From contig JAKPTZ010000115.1 in the NCBI GenBank assembly GCA_029555025.1, forward strand, positions 24,898 through 88,897: a stretch of DNA of 64,000 nucleotides, read 5' to 3'. The position numbers and the translations under genes are program-made. Numbering within the stretch: position 1 is the stretch's first letter; each line of letters begins with the position of its first letter. Under the pieces are notes generated by a model. That model saw only the letters and a program-made list of their open reading frames with translations. It was not told the origin of the DNA and did not search any database. This DNA comes from Deltaproteobacteria bacterium. GTDB lineage: Bacteria; Myxococcota_A; UBA9042; DTJE01. This document shows, in pieces, positions 53,256-63,467 of the stretch.

Positions 53256-55061
53256 CGGCCATTCACCCCCGGCAGGCGCCCATTCCCAGATCTGGCGCCC
53301 GGCAATCTGGCGAACAAGCCGCAGACCGTCGGCGCGCGGCATTTTTCCAAGTTGCATCTCGCGTGGCCCGTAAAGAATCCACCTGATTCCGGCGTTGTTC
53401 AGGAAGCCGGCCGTCCGCGCCTCATCCGGTTCATCGGAATAAAACCAGCGCACAAGGGCGGCCTTTTCCTGATACCGCGTCGAAAGGAACCACTGGCCGA
53501 CAAACACAGGCTTCCCGGCTTTCCACGGAACAATCTGGGCATCGAAAGGGTCGCACAGGACCCCACCGTCCGGAAGCGTTTCAAGTTCCTTCAGGAGTGC
53601 AAGGTGATCCTTTCCGGCCCGCGCCGCCGTCCTTGTCGCCGTCGGGTTGACGTCCAGCACCAGCCCCGCGGCCGAATTCAGCGACGCCAGAACCACGAAG
53701 GCGGCAATGGCGCCGCCCGGCCATGAAGTCCGCCCGCCCGCCGCCTGCCGCCTTTGAACCAGGGCGAACAGTCCGGCAATCTGCAGGATCAGGAATGGAA
53801 CCAGGAACGAAAACTGAAATTTCACCCCGGTCACAAACGGGTTGGCCATCATCGCGAAACCGGTGACGAACCACAGCAGCAGCCATCGCATGACGTGGCG
53901 ATCAATCGTGTTGCGGCGCATCACCAACCCCAGCGGAAGCAGCATCCACGGTCCATAGACTATCGGATAGATTATCGGGGGATAGCCCAGCTTCCACAGA
54001 CCGGTCTGTGCGTTTGACGCCGCGACCACCGGATCCTGCTGGGACCAGGTGATGAAGACGGCCACCAGTGCCGGTCCGGCGAGCGCCGGCAAGTTGATGA
54101 ACAGCGACCTTTTAAGGCTGGTGCCCATCGGCGGAACGACCACCGCGACAGCGACCAGCAAGCCCCAGACGATTGCCGAATATGGGTGTATGAACCACAG
54201 TGCCGCGAACACCATTCCGCGAACCACTCCGGGCAGAAAATCGGCCGGTTTCGAGACGGTGTCCATGCTTCCGACTCGATGATCCCCGGTCTGCGCGCGA
54301 ATCCTGGCAAGCTCGGCCGATCTGTCGGCATTCTTCACCGCGGCCTGTTCAAGCCACCTGATTTCCAAAAGGATCATCAGGGTAATCAGTGTCATCGGGA
54401 TCGCCCAGACAAGGTTGGTCGAAGCCCAGAACACGCTGAAATTCCAGGGGTTGTCAATGAAATTGACCCAGTCCAGCCCGGTCGATGCCATCCTGTCCCG
54501 GAAGAATGGACGGACAAGCCAGTCCAGCCCGCCGGCAAAGAGAACAAATGCGTGGGCCGCGACGGCCTTCCTGCCTTCCTTGAAGACGGCCTGGACAAGT
54601 TTCCACAGCACCAGGCAGAAAGCGGCCAGAACCAGCAGCCGGAGTCCGTGCCATACAACCGGGTCGGGAAGGCCGGTGATGCCCCTGACCGCGCCCGCGA
54701 TAACCAGGCCGACCATCAGGAATCGTCCGTCCTGCCTGGCGGTGGTAAATAAATTTTTTGTCAGCAGCGACCCGTCGCGGGCGGTCTGGGTCGAATACAT
54801 CATATAGGCGAAATGGTCGGTCGGAAGATGCCTGAACCCCAGGAAGGATGAACTTGAATCGTGGGTTCCTGCAAGGGGGGCAGCGCAGATCCAGGCCTGG
54901 GCGATGATGAACGTGGCCGAAAGCGCCAGGGCGATATTACGGTACCGACGGGGAGAGGCCACTGTTACCCCCTGCCTGGTTTGCTGCATCGGTGCCGGTC
55001 GGTTCGGTCGAACCGGAATCGAGGCCCGAAAGTATTTCGTCCGCAGCATCCTGGTTGCCAA
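53232..55061 (-). CDS. polytopic integral membrane protein (function unknown; GT-C-like glycosyl/lipid transferase is only a guess)
   Basis: 609-aa ORF with more than 10 hydrophobic segments and a soluble C-terminal ~130 aa. The true start is probably internal (for example ATG at 54989), because the first 125 nt overlap the upstream gene. Confidence 0.62.
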   Translation of the reverse strand: MATRMLRTKYFRASIPVRPNRPAPMQQTRQGVTVASPRRYRNIALALSATFIIAQAWICAAPLAGTHDSSSSFLGFRHLPTDHFAYMMYSTQTARDGSLLTKNLFTTARQDGRFLMVGLVIAGAVRGITGLPDPVVWHGLRLLVLAAFCLVLWKLVQAVFKEGRKAVAAHAFVLFAGGLDWLVRPFFRDRMASTGLDWVNFIDNPWNFSVFWASTNLVWAIPMTLITLMILLEIRWLEQAAVKNADRSAELARIRAQTGDHRVGSMDTVSKPADFLPGVVRGMVFAALWFIHPYSAIVWGLLVAVAVVVPPMGTSLKRSLFINLPALAGPALVAVFITWSQQDPVVAASNAQTGLWKLGYPPIIYPIVYGPWMLLPLGLVMRRNTIDRHVMRWLLLWFVTGFAMMANPFVTGVKFQFSFLVPFLILQIAGLFALVQRRQAAGGRTSWPGGAIAAFVVLASLNSAAGLVLDVNPTATRTAARAGKDHLALLKELETLPDGGVLCDPFDAQIVPWKAGKPVFVGQWFLSTRYQEKAALVRWFYSDEPDEARTAGFLNNAGIRWILYGPREMQLGKMPRADGLRLVRQIAGRQIWEWAPAGGEWPSILQQSK

Positions 55062-55875
55062 TCTGGTTCAGAAGATCGCTCAGGTCGCGAATCCAGGCCT
55101 GGTGCCTGATCCCCCAGCTTCCGGCCCTCAGGGAATCCGCCGCGGCTTTCGCAATCTCAAGCGCGGAGTCCTCGTCCTCGTCGGCTTCCCAGAGGCCCCT
55201 GGCAAGATAAATCCGGTTCGGCGGATAATCGGGAAACTGCTCGACTGCCTTGCGAAGCATCTCGATTCCCTTTTCGGGATCGCCGATTCCGGCCGGCCAC
55301 GGCGGCGCCTTGATCAGGAGGTAACCCATGGTCCGCAGGGGCCCGCCGCTGTCGAGTTCCGGCGCCTCGCGCACGGCCCTGCCAAGGTGGCGCTGAAGTC
55401 TTCCCAGATACTTCATTGCGGTCAGAATGCTGTCACGAACCGCGATTCCAAGGTTGATCGAGTAGTAATACGATGTCGCAGGGTCGATGGCCAGTCCTGT
55501 TCCCATCGAGTATTCGGCCCACGCGACGCCTTCCCAGGCAAGCGACTTCCTGCGTTCGTCACCGGCTGCCCCCGCCGGGCTGGATTCCGCAAGGAGGCTG
55601 CAAATCCGGGATGCCGTCAGCGCCTCGTGCGCACGGGGCTGCCTTTCGGGCGGCTGCATGTTCCTGACTGCCTGCAGGGCGCAACGCAACTGATCCTGGC
55701 CTGCCGTCAACGGATCCGTCCTGTCACGGGTCAGTGCTTCTTCGTTCCCGGGACAATCGTCCGGAAGATCAAGTTTGAAAAGGTTGCCTTTGTAGGCCGG
55801 GCTGCAGCCGGCGAGGAAAAGAACCGTGACGGAGAAGATGAACAGAACGGCGTGCCTTCCGGGAGCTATTTCCAC
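54937..55875 (-). CDS. TPR-like lipoprotein (possibly TatT-family)
   Basis: 312 aa with lipobox VLFLAGCSP and a helical-repeat body. The segment GYLLIKAPPWPAGIGDPEKGIEMLRKAVEQFPDYP resembles my memory of TatT-family proteins. Family assignment is tentative. Confidence 0.6.
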   Translation of the reverse strand: MEIAPGRHAVLFIFSVTVLFLAGCSPAYKGNLFKLDLPDDCPGNEEALTRDRTDPLTAGQDQLRCALQAVRNMQPPERQPRAHEALTASRICSLLAESSPAGAAGDERRKSLAWEGVAWAEYSMGTGLAIDPATSYYYSINLGIAVRDSILTAMKYLGRLQRHLGRAVREAPELDSGGPLRTMGYLLIKAPPWPAGIGDPEKGIEMLRKAVEQFPDYPPNRIYLARGLWEADEDEDSALEIAKAAADSLRAGSWGIRHQAWIRDLSDLLNQIGNQDAADEILSGLDSGSTEPTGTDAANQAGGNSGLSPSVP

Positions 55876-56681
55876 AGTCCTCTCGCCTCGTTAAGGAGAG
55901 CGTTGTCGGCTTTGACGAATCCGGAAATTCCAAACAGCTTGCAGAACTGCTTTCCTTCCTTGTCGTCGCAGAATCTTTCCATGGTCCTGATGAAACCTTC
56001 CCGATCCTTCGCCGTGGTCTTTGCCTTGCTGGCAACCAGAGGCATGATCGGCAGGGCCTTCGATGTGAAGATTACTTCAAGGTCGCGTGCCCAGTCCAGA
56101 GACTTTGACGCGTTGAACTGCTGCTCGGTCACCAGCACGGCGTCAATCTTGCTTCCGGTCAGGTCGCGCAGTGCCTTGATCGAGCCGCGCGCCTTTTCCG
56201 CGACGAACGAGGAAAGCGGGTATTTCCCGGCCAGAACGACCTTCTCGACGAACGCGGGCTCGGCCAGCGGCGTGCCGCTGATCTTTTTTCCCTTCAGTTC
56301 GTCCATCGTCTTGAACGTGCCCTTGCGGACAAGGACGCGGAATGTTTCCGTCGTCTTGCCGTCCATCTTCGGCTGGACGACCGGCTCGAGGCCTTCCGGG
56401 TTCTGAAGCAGGAATCCAAGCGAGACGATGGCGTAGTCGGGCTTTGCGGCCATCAGGGCGCCACACTTCGTCATGTCCGAAGTGAACTCGGAAGTGAACG
56501 AGCCGGAATCCCAGCCCGACATCTTCTCCATCACGCGCAGCATCTGGTCGGTGGCCGGTTTGGCGTCGGCCTCGCGGACGCTGCCGCCGGGATAGCAAAG
56601 GACAAGTGTCTTTCCGGCTGCCGGGACACAAGCCGCGACCGCAATCAACGCAACAATGGATGCCGTGAAAAACCTGTTCAT
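55866..56681 (-). CDS. periplasmic substrate-binding-protein-like lipoprotein/secreted protein (PhnD/PBP2-like)
   Basis: ORF 55866..56747. Start preferred at 56681 (MNRFFTASIVALIAVAACVPAAG), which makes an ATGA overlap with the MMPL stop. PBP2-like strings LVLCYPGG and MDELKGKKISGTPLAEPAF, plus GSKIDAVLV. Confidence 0.68.
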   Translation of the reverse strand: MNRFFTASIVALIAVAACVPAAGKTLVLCYPGGSVREADAKPATDQMLRVMEKMSGWDSGSFTSEFTSDMTKCGALMAAKPDYAIVSLGFLLQNPEGLEPVVQPKMDGKTTETFRVLVRKGTFKTMDELKGKKISGTPLAEPAFVEKVVLAGKYPLSSFVAEKARGSIKALRDLTGSKIDAVLVTEQQFNASKSLDWARDLEVIFTSKALPIMPLVASKAKTTAKDREGFIRTMERFCDDKEGKQFCKLFGISGFVKADNALLNEARGLWK

Positions 56682-59467
56682 TTCTTTCTCCTGTCGGTCA
56701 GTTGTGCCATCAGCGGCGCAAGCAGAAGCGCGCACGCAAGGCAGCATGCAAGGCCGATCGTAACACCCAGGCCAAGCGTCGAGATGCCCCTGTATTCGGC
56801 AAGCGAAAGGGCACCGATACCGGCTATCGTGGTCAACGCAGCCACAAGTATAGGAATTCCCGCGACGCGGATGATCTGCCAGGGTCCGTACTGGCGCATT
56901 TCATCGAACCGGTGGGCGAACCAGATGCCGTAATCCAGCGCCAGCGCCATCAGCAGCGGCAGGGCGATGATATTCGCGTAGTTGTACATGTAGCCATGAG
57001 TCTTGTTCAGGATTGCCAGGATTCCCAGCATGATTCCCTCGCCAATCAGAAGCGGAAGAGAGGCGACGAGGAAGACCGGGATGCTGCGCAGAACCAGCAT
57101 CAGGAATGCCATCGCAACAATAATCGCCAGGGCCGTGCCGCTGAAGAAGCTTGAACGCGCAAGCTCCGCCTGGACGTTGTGCGTGGTCGGGAAACCGGTC
57201 GCCGCCGGGTTGATTTCGTAGATGTCCTTCATCAGGCGCTGAAGGAACGAAATGTTATAGACGGAATCGGCCGGATAGACGTAGGTGGCGATACTTCCGT
57301 CATTTCCGAAGAACCTTGAACGAAGGTTGTCGGGAAGATCAGTCGGTTCCAGAACCTTGGCGTCCTTCCACTTCGCCAGTTCCCGAAGCATGTATCTGGC
57401 GTCCCCGACGATCGCGGTCAGGAAAGCCTGGTTAGCCGTCCCCGCCTTCTCCGGATCTGCCTGGAGCCTTTCGATGATCCTGGCAAGGCGATCCCGGACG
57501 CCGTCGATGGCCCCGACCAGATCGGCATGTCCGGCGCTGGAGGCTGATTCCTGGTAATCGTCAATCATGTCCATAACCTTTTCAAGGATTGCCGCAATCC
57601 GCAGCGGCGCGCCGTTTTCCGGCAGCACGAAGTTCTTTTCGTCCATGATGTATCTGGCCACGTCCGATTCCGACAGGATTCGGCCGACCTTGCGGGCGGG
57701 TTCCACCCTTTCTGCCGCATCGGACGGGAAGAACTGCATCGGGCTCTGCACCTTGGCAACGGTGTTCAGCTTCTGGGCCTTATCGCCGATCTCGCGAGCT
57801 TCCTCCTGGGTCTTCGCCACAAGGATGACGACTTCCGACTGGTAATCGCTTTCCTTGACCATCCGTTTGGAATAGATCGCGGTTTCCGAATCCGCTGGCA
57901 GCATGTTAAGGACGTCGTAATCAAACGGCAGGTTGATGCCCTTGTAGGCACCGACTGCGGCGAGAATGACGGCCACCGTGACGATTGCCGCCGCGATCGG
58001 CTTCGGGATTTTCTTTCCCGGGTCGTCCTTTCCTTCCATGCCGGTGTCCTGTCCGAGTGCCTCGGCAGGCCTCGGCTTCAGCAGCGCGAACAGCGCTGGA
58101 AGCAGGGTGAACGTCGAAATCTGGACGGTTGCCACGCCGCACAGGGCAACGATTCCCAGTTCTGAAAATCCGGTGAATTCAACGGTTCCAAGTGCCCCGA
58201 ACACCATCATCGAAGCAAGTCCGGAAGTCACGACCGGTCGGGCCGAAGCCCCGGTTCCGACGCGGATGGCGTCCATCAGCGGCAGTCCGCGCTTCATCTC
58301 CTCGATGATCCGCGATGAGATGAAAACCCCGTAGTCAACGCCAAGCCCGAACAGCACCGCCGTGAAGGCGGTGGTAACCATGTTCATGTGGCCGACGGTG
58401 AAGTACATCATCGAGAAGGCCCAGACCGACCCGAAGCCCATGGCGCCGAATACGACCAGTCCGCGGCGGAACGAACGCATGACGAAAGTGATGATCAGAA
58501 GGATCAATATGCCTGCGCCGGCGATTGTCCAGGTGACGCCCTTCTGGATGTAGCTGAATTCCTCGTAGATTGTGGCAGGCATTCCGGCAAGGCCCGTCGT
58601 CGGAACCGCGCGTCCGGCCGCCTTCCATTCCGCCTTCAGCGCGTCGTTGGTTGATCTTACGTTCTCATAGAAAGGCTTGATTGCGGTGAATTCCTCGGAG
58701 CCGATGGCCTTTCGTACGAACACGAAAAGCATCGAACCGTCGTGGGAATCGTAGAAGCCGTTGCCGGTGACCATCTTGCGTGCTTCCGGCTGATCGGCCA
58801 GCATCTTTTCCCACGCGATCCTGGTCGCCTTGCTGTCCGGTTCAAGCCAGCGCAGCCATTCGTCCAGGAAGAACTGCATGCCGTTCAGTGAAGCTCTGGC
58901 CGAATCCATGTCGATTTCGCCCATCGGGATGGCCGGGGGCTCCTCGAAATAGCGGTTGGCCGCGTCAAGCGCCTCGTCCAGGCTTGACGGCATCTTTCCA
59001 TCCATCGACAGGAGTCCGTCCATGAATGTCGCAGCCTTGTCGAACTGCTCGTGGGGAAGGATGGTGTATGCATGGGAAACGAAAAAGTTCAGGTCAAGAC
59101 GGCTGTCGGCGGCGGACACCTCGGGAAGCTCTTCAAGTCGGGACGCCAGTTCCGCGGCGTACTTCTCCAGTTCCGGCCGTTCGATGCCTTCGATTGCGAT
59201 TATCAGGTCCGAGGCGGCGCCGAAGTTTTCCATGTAGTGTTCGAAACGTTCAACTTCCGGGCTGGTTCTGTCCAGCAGCGCCGTGCGTGATGTAAGGAAA
59301 GGCATCTGGCTCAGCAGATAGAGGGACAGCGCGCACAGGGCCAGGCCTATACCCACAAATACAAGTGGACGTCTCGAGGAGGCCGCGGCAATCGTCTGGA
59401 AAAAATGCTCGAATCGCTTTTCGAAATTCTTCAACATGTTAAGACCTGGGCGAGTTAATAATTTCAA
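56678..59467 (-). CDS. MMPL/RND-superfamily exporter (HpnN-like architecture)
   Basis: 929 aa with two 6-TM bundles, each preceded by a large periplasmic loop. Repeated RND-type motif GLGVDYGVFISSRIIEEM / ALALDYGIWFAHRFDEM. Confidence 0.88.
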   Translation of the reverse strand: MKLLTRPGLNMLKNFEKRFEHFFQTIAAASSRRPLVFVGIGLALCALSLYLLSQMPFLTSRTALLDRTSPEVERFEHYMENFGAASDLIIAIEGIERPELEKYAAELASRLEELPEVSAADSRLDLNFFVSHAYTILPHEQFDKAATFMDGLLSMDGKMPSSLDEALDAANRYFEEPPAIPMGEIDMDSARASLNGMQFFLDEWLRWLEPDSKATRIAWEKMLADQPEARKMVTGNGFYDSHDGSMLFVFVRKAIGSEEFTAIKPFYENVRSTNDALKAEWKAAGRAVPTTGLAGMPATIYEEFSYIQKGVTWTIAGAGILILLIITFVMRSFRRGLVVFGAMGFGSVWAFSMMYFTVGHMNMVTTAFTAVLFGLGVDYGVFISSRIIEEMKRGLPLMDAIRVGTGASARPVVTSGLASMMVFGALGTVEFTGFSELGIVALCGVATVQISTFTLLPALFALLKPRPAEALGQDTGMEGKDDPGKKIPKPIAAAIVTVAVILAAVGAYKGINLPFDYDVLNMLPADSETAIYSKRMVKESDYQSEVVILVAKTQEEAREIGDKAQKLNTVAKVQSPMQFFPSDAAERVEPARKVGRILSESDVARYIMDEKNFVLPENGAPLRIAAILEKVMDMIDDYQESASSAGHADLVGAIDGVRDRLARIIERLQADPEKAGTANQAFLTAIVGDARYMLRELAKWKDAKVLEPTDLPDNLRSRFFGNDGSIATYVYPADSVYNISFLQRLMKDIYEINPAATGFPTTHNVQAELARSSFFSGTALAIIVAMAFLMLVLRSIPVFLVASLPLLIGEGIMLGILAILNKTHGYMYNYANIIALPLLMALALDYGIWFAHRFDEMRQYGPWQIIRVAGIPILVAALTTIAGIGALSLAEYRGISTLGLGVTIGLACCLACALLLAPLMAQLTDRRKK

Positions 59468-59647
59468 ATGGTTGTGCGACCTGCCGTGTTCATTGAACCG
59501 ATCCGGCAGGTCGGAATTCGGTGCAGATTGTCACCGTTCTGGCGGTCGAAAGTCAAGGAAGGCACCCCCAGTCCGGTCAGCGCCATCAAAGGCCATATCG
59601 ACCCTGACCATGTTAGTCCCCGAAATCACTTGTTGACTGGCGTCGGC

Positions 59648-61492
59648 ATGCAAAATACCCTCTTCCGGGTCTTTGTCCTGGAGCAGATGATGCGACATCA
59701 CCCCCTTCCAACGCTTCTGATTCCCCTGATGATGATGGCCGCCTGCGGTTCCGCCGGTTCAAGCCCGGATCTGGCCGGGGATGTCCCCGACGTGGGCGTG
59801 CCCGATTCGATCCAGGGAGACTTGATGCCGGACGATCCCGGCGGGCCGGACGTTCCGGTCGTTTCCGACGCATCCGATGCCGTCGAGCCGGTCGATTCAC
59901 TTGACGCGGTCGATGCCGCCGATTCGGTCGGGGATGAGGGCGCTCCGTTCGACTTCAGGGTTCGGTGGAATGCGCCGGCCGGTCCGTGGCCGGTCTGCGA
60001 CGAGGTGGCTGGAACATCGAAGACGCTGGCCGCCAAGGCCGCCTATTACGACTGGATCGGGCCGAAGCTGCACCAGGAACCGAAGTCCGGATCGCACGAA
60101 GACACCGCAAGGATGTACAACGTGGATTGTGACGGCCCGGTACCGGTGGAAATCGTGCCGGACGACCAGTTGCCGAACTGCGTTCTTCGCAGCAGCGAGA
60201 ACAACGGGCTGTGGACGTCGATGTACGTTGCGTCCCAGTGCTTCAGGTACGGCGCGACCGGGGATGCGGAAGCACTTGCAAATGCGCTGCGCACCCTGAA
60301 GGGCACGTACGAGTTGATGCAGATCACCGGGCGTCCCGGTCTTTACGCCCGCGAGGCTTCGGATCCCGGGATCGCCCCAATCCAGACTTGTCCCGAAGAC
60401 CCGATGGAGTACCGACCGCCCGAGGAAGGCACCAGGAAGGGCAATTACTGGGTGAAGGTCGATACCGACGGGTGCATGCTGGATTACCACTCGGACTCGG
60501 CGGAATGGGTGAAGCACCCGGATGTCTGCACGGACGTCAAATATGCCGGGCGCTGCTGGAAGCGCAACGTGTCCAAGGATGAATACAGCGGCCATGCATA
60601 CGCGGCCGGCGTGTGCGCCAAGGTTGTCGATGATCCCGCCGTTCGCGGGCTGGCGACCGAAATCCTTTCGAAGATTGCGCATCATCTTAAGGACAATGCC
60701 TACTGGCTGACAGATTACGACGGTCTCGAGACCAGGTACGGTTCGATCCATGCCATGTCCCTTGACCACATCCCGGGTTTCAACGCGAAGCTGGCGCTTG
60801 TCTGGGTCAAGTCGGCCGCGATGGCATCAGGCGAGCAGGAACTGATTGACGAATACTATAAGTGCCTTCTCCAGTCCGACGGCGAACTGCGGTGTATCGA
60901 AAGGGAGACCGAATTCCCGGTCGATTACACCACCTTCCTGGACGAACTCGGGTTGAAGATTGGTTGCCAGACCAACTTCGACAACGTCAGCATGATGATG
61001 CTTGCGTACCTGAACGAGATCTGGTTCGAGCCGTCGAAGGCGGAGCGTGCGCGTTTCCGTGCCCTGTTCGAACAGGCCAGTCGAGGCCCGGATACCGATG
61101 ACAGGGACATCTGGTCGATGAAGGTGCCCTTTTACAATTTCATGATCGCCGCGGCCGAAGGCGATGAAGCGATGACCGCGGAACGAAGGAACCTTATCGA
61201 GTCCATGGTCAACGATGGAATCTGCGTCCTCAAGAATTTCCAGGAAACCCAGATCGAGCGAGATGAAGACACCACCGTGCTTGAATCGGTGTGCGAGTCC
61301 GACCGCCACGGTTCGTTGATTGACGGCATAGTTCCAATCGAGGATCGCTGTCCGGCGACGTTTGAATGGTGGGGCGACCCTTCATCGGTTGAAAAGTGCA
61401 GCTTCAACCCGAACGTCGCCGACAACCCGGCCGGCTTCCTTGCCCCTTACTGGATGGGGCGATACTTCGGGTTCATTTCGGAAGACATGTGA
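59648..61492 (+). CDS. hypothetical lipoprotein, paralog 1 (C-terminal PYWMGRYFGFI)
   Basis: ORF 59468..61492; start preferred at 59648 or 59687. Lipobox LMMMAACGS and an acidic linker. The ~520-aa body shares ordered motifs with the next gene. Confidence 0.7.
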   Translation: MQNTLFRVFVLEQMMRHHPLPTLLIPLMMMAACGSAGSSPDLAGDVPDVGVPDSIQGDLMPDDPGGPDVPVVSDASDAVEPVDSLDAVDAADSVGDEGAPFDFRVRWNAPAGPWPVCDEVAGTSKTLAAKAAYYDWIGPKLHQEPKSGSHEDTARMYNVDCDGPVPVEIVPDDQLPNCVLRSSENNGLWTSMYVASQCFRYGATGDAEALANALRTLKGTYELMQITGRPGLYAREASDPGIAPIQTCPEDPMEYRPPEEGTRKGNYWVKVDTDGCMLDYHSDSAEWVKHPDVCTDVKYAGRCWKRNVSKDEYSGHAYAAGVCAKVVDDPAVRGLATEILSKIAHHLKDNAYWLTDYDGLETRYGSIHAMSLDHIPGFNAKLALVWVKSAAMASGEQELIDEYYKCLLQSDGELRCIERETEFPVDYTTFLDELGLKIGCQTNFDNVSMMMLAYLNEIWFEPSKAERARFRALFEQASRGPDTDDRDIWSMKVPFYNFMIAAAEGDEAMTAERRNLIESMVNDGICVLKNFQETQIERDEDTTVLESVCESDRHGSLIDGIVPIEDRCPATFEWWGDPSSVEKCSFNPNVADNPAGFLAPYWMGRYFGFISEDM

Positions 61493-61531
61493 CGCCGGCC
61501 TTTTTCCGGCGCGTGTCCGTCCTGGCATTCA

Positions 61532-63391
61532 ATGACGCTGGAGGTACCAATGTTCAGGTTTGGCCCGTCGGTTGCCGCGATTGTAGCTACCCTTGTCCTT
61601 GGCTGTTCCGGCGGGCCTGGAAACCCGGATGCGGTTGAACCGGACGATGTCCCGGGCGACATTTCCGGCGATGACGTTCCTTCGGTTCCCGACACCGGTA
61701 ATCCAGCGGATGCGTTCGATGCCGGTTCGGATTCGGAGCCGGGCGATCTTCCGCGAAATGACGGCCAGGAAGTCGCCATCCCTGATGATGGCTCATCTGA
61801 AGATGTCCCGGTTCTGCCCGAGCTGGTTCTTACAAGGACAGTCGTGCCCGTCGTGGATGCCGGCTTGTCATTGAACCATGCCCTCGAAGCGACGGGTGGC
61901 CAGCCGCCTTATTCAGACTGGACCATAGTGAAGGGGAGCCTGCCTGCCGGCGTCGAACTGGATGCCGAAACGGGGATCATTTCAGGGGTGCCTTCGGAAA
62001 GGGGGTTTTCCTGGTTTGTCGTCGAGGTTGGTGACTCGGCCGGCAACCGCGCCTCCGAGCTCTTCGGCATCCGGGTCGGGGATCCCGTTTCGACAGGCCC
62101 GCTGCGCGAAAGGGCGGACGCATACCAGGCCGTCTATGAAGCCAGGCACGACTGGGGCGGCTTCAGCTACAACTGCAACACGCCCGACGATCCGGACGGC
62201 AACCTGCGCCTGACTACCCTTGGCGACGCGACTTTCCAGTCTGGTCAGTGCACGATGGCGATGGCTTACAGGGACGCGGTCGAACGTACCCAGCAGACTT
62301 CGGCTTACCTGAAGAAGCAGGTTGACGGCTGGCGGTTTTTCCAGAACCTGACGGGTGTTCCGGGGCTTATCGGAAGAAGCTGGGGCAAGGTCGATTATCC
62401 GTGGGAAGACAACCACCACCGTGACGGATTCTGGCCGGACAACCCGGATTCGCACAGTTACCGCGCCGAAGGCGATTACGAAGGGTACATATGGGTTGGC
62501 GATGTCAGTCGGGATCAGGCAAGCGGCGCCGTGCTCGGTGTCGCGGCCGCGTACGACCTGGCCGACGACCCGGAGACGAAGGCGACCGCGGCCGCCTTTC
62601 TTACCGATCTGGTCGATCATGTCTGGGAAAACAATCTCGATTTCAAGGACAGGAACGACAAGCCGCCAAGGTACGGGAACATCGACGGCGACAACTTCGA
62701 AGGCTGGCCGTATCCAAACGGCCTGAACGCGGCGTGCTCGCTTGCATGGTTCAGGATCGCGGCACACGTGGCCGAGGCTGAAGGGCTCGACGATGCGGGC
62801 CGGTTCCGCGAAAGGTACCAGGAACTGGTGTCTCGCGGGTATATCGGATACATGCGCGACTACATGTGGGTTTATGACGGATACAACACGAAGCACTACA
62901 ACACTTACATGGCGTATGAAAATCTTTTCCATCTGGCACGTCTTGAAGACGACCCCGTTCTTGGCCCCCAGATCGACGACATCTTCCGGGACACGCTGTG
63001 GCTGAACCTGGACGACAACACGCCGAACCGCAAGGGCGTGAAGGAAGGAAATCCGGTCAAGACCACATGGTACCTGTATTCGACCGGGGATCGGGATCCG
63101 GTTGCCCTCTGGGATGCGCTCTGGCAGGTAGTCGTCTTCCCGGACGCGCCGCTTCGCGACCGTTACGTGAAAAACAGCGACGACCCTGAAATCGTGGTCA
63201 ACCCGGATGAGCCGACGGAATCCCTTTACCCGCTTCCTTCAAACCGGCTTCAGCCCGACATGGTCATCTGGCACCGCAGCACGTTCCTTCTGGACGGCGG
63301 AGTCGATTCGGGCGAGGAAAGAACCGGTTGCGATTACCTTCTGCCTTACTGGATGGGGCGTTACTACGGCTGGATCGATGCGGCCTGGTGA
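61532..63391 (+). CDS. hypothetical lipoprotein, paralog 2 (Ig-like insert; C-terminal PYWMGRYYGWI)
   Basis: 619 aa with lipobox ATLVLGCSG and an acidic linker. Ig-like segment (ATGGQPPYSDWTIVKGSLPAGVELDAETGIISGVP). The body is collinear with paralog 1. Confidence 0.7.
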   Translation: MTLEVPMFRFGPSVAAIVATLVLGCSGGPGNPDAVEPDDVPGDISGDDVPSVPDTGNPADAFDAGSDSEPGDLPRNDGQEVAIPDDGSSEDVPVLPELVLTRTVVPVVDAGLSLNHALEATGGQPPYSDWTIVKGSLPAGVELDAETGIISGVPSERGFSWFVVEVGDSAGNRASELFGIRVGDPVSTGPLRERADAYQAVYEARHDWGGFSYNCNTPDDPDGNLRLTTLGDATFQSGQCTMAMAYRDAVERTQQTSAYLKKQVDGWRFFQNLTGVPGLIGRSWGKVDYPWEDNHHRDGFWPDNPDSHSYRAEGDYEGYIWVGDVSRDQASGAVLGVAAAYDLADDPETKATAAAFLTDLVDHVWENNLDFKDRNDKPPRYGNIDGDNFEGWPYPNGLNAACSLAWFRIAAHVAEAEGLDDAGRFRERYQELVSRGYIGYMRDYMWVYDGYNTKHYNTYMAYENLFHLARLEDDPVLGPQIDDIFRDTLWLNLDDNTPNRKGVKEGNPVKTTWYLYSTGDRDPVALWDALWQVVVFPDAPLRDRYVKNSDDPEIVVNPDEPTESLYPLPSNRLQPDMVIWHRSTFLLDGGVDSGEERTGCDYLLPYWMGRYYGWIDAAW

Positions 63392-63467
63392 TGGCACGCC
63401 CCAGCATGGATCCCGCTTCAACGCACATGTATAATGAACCGATTCTTTACAATACAAGGGGTCGCCC

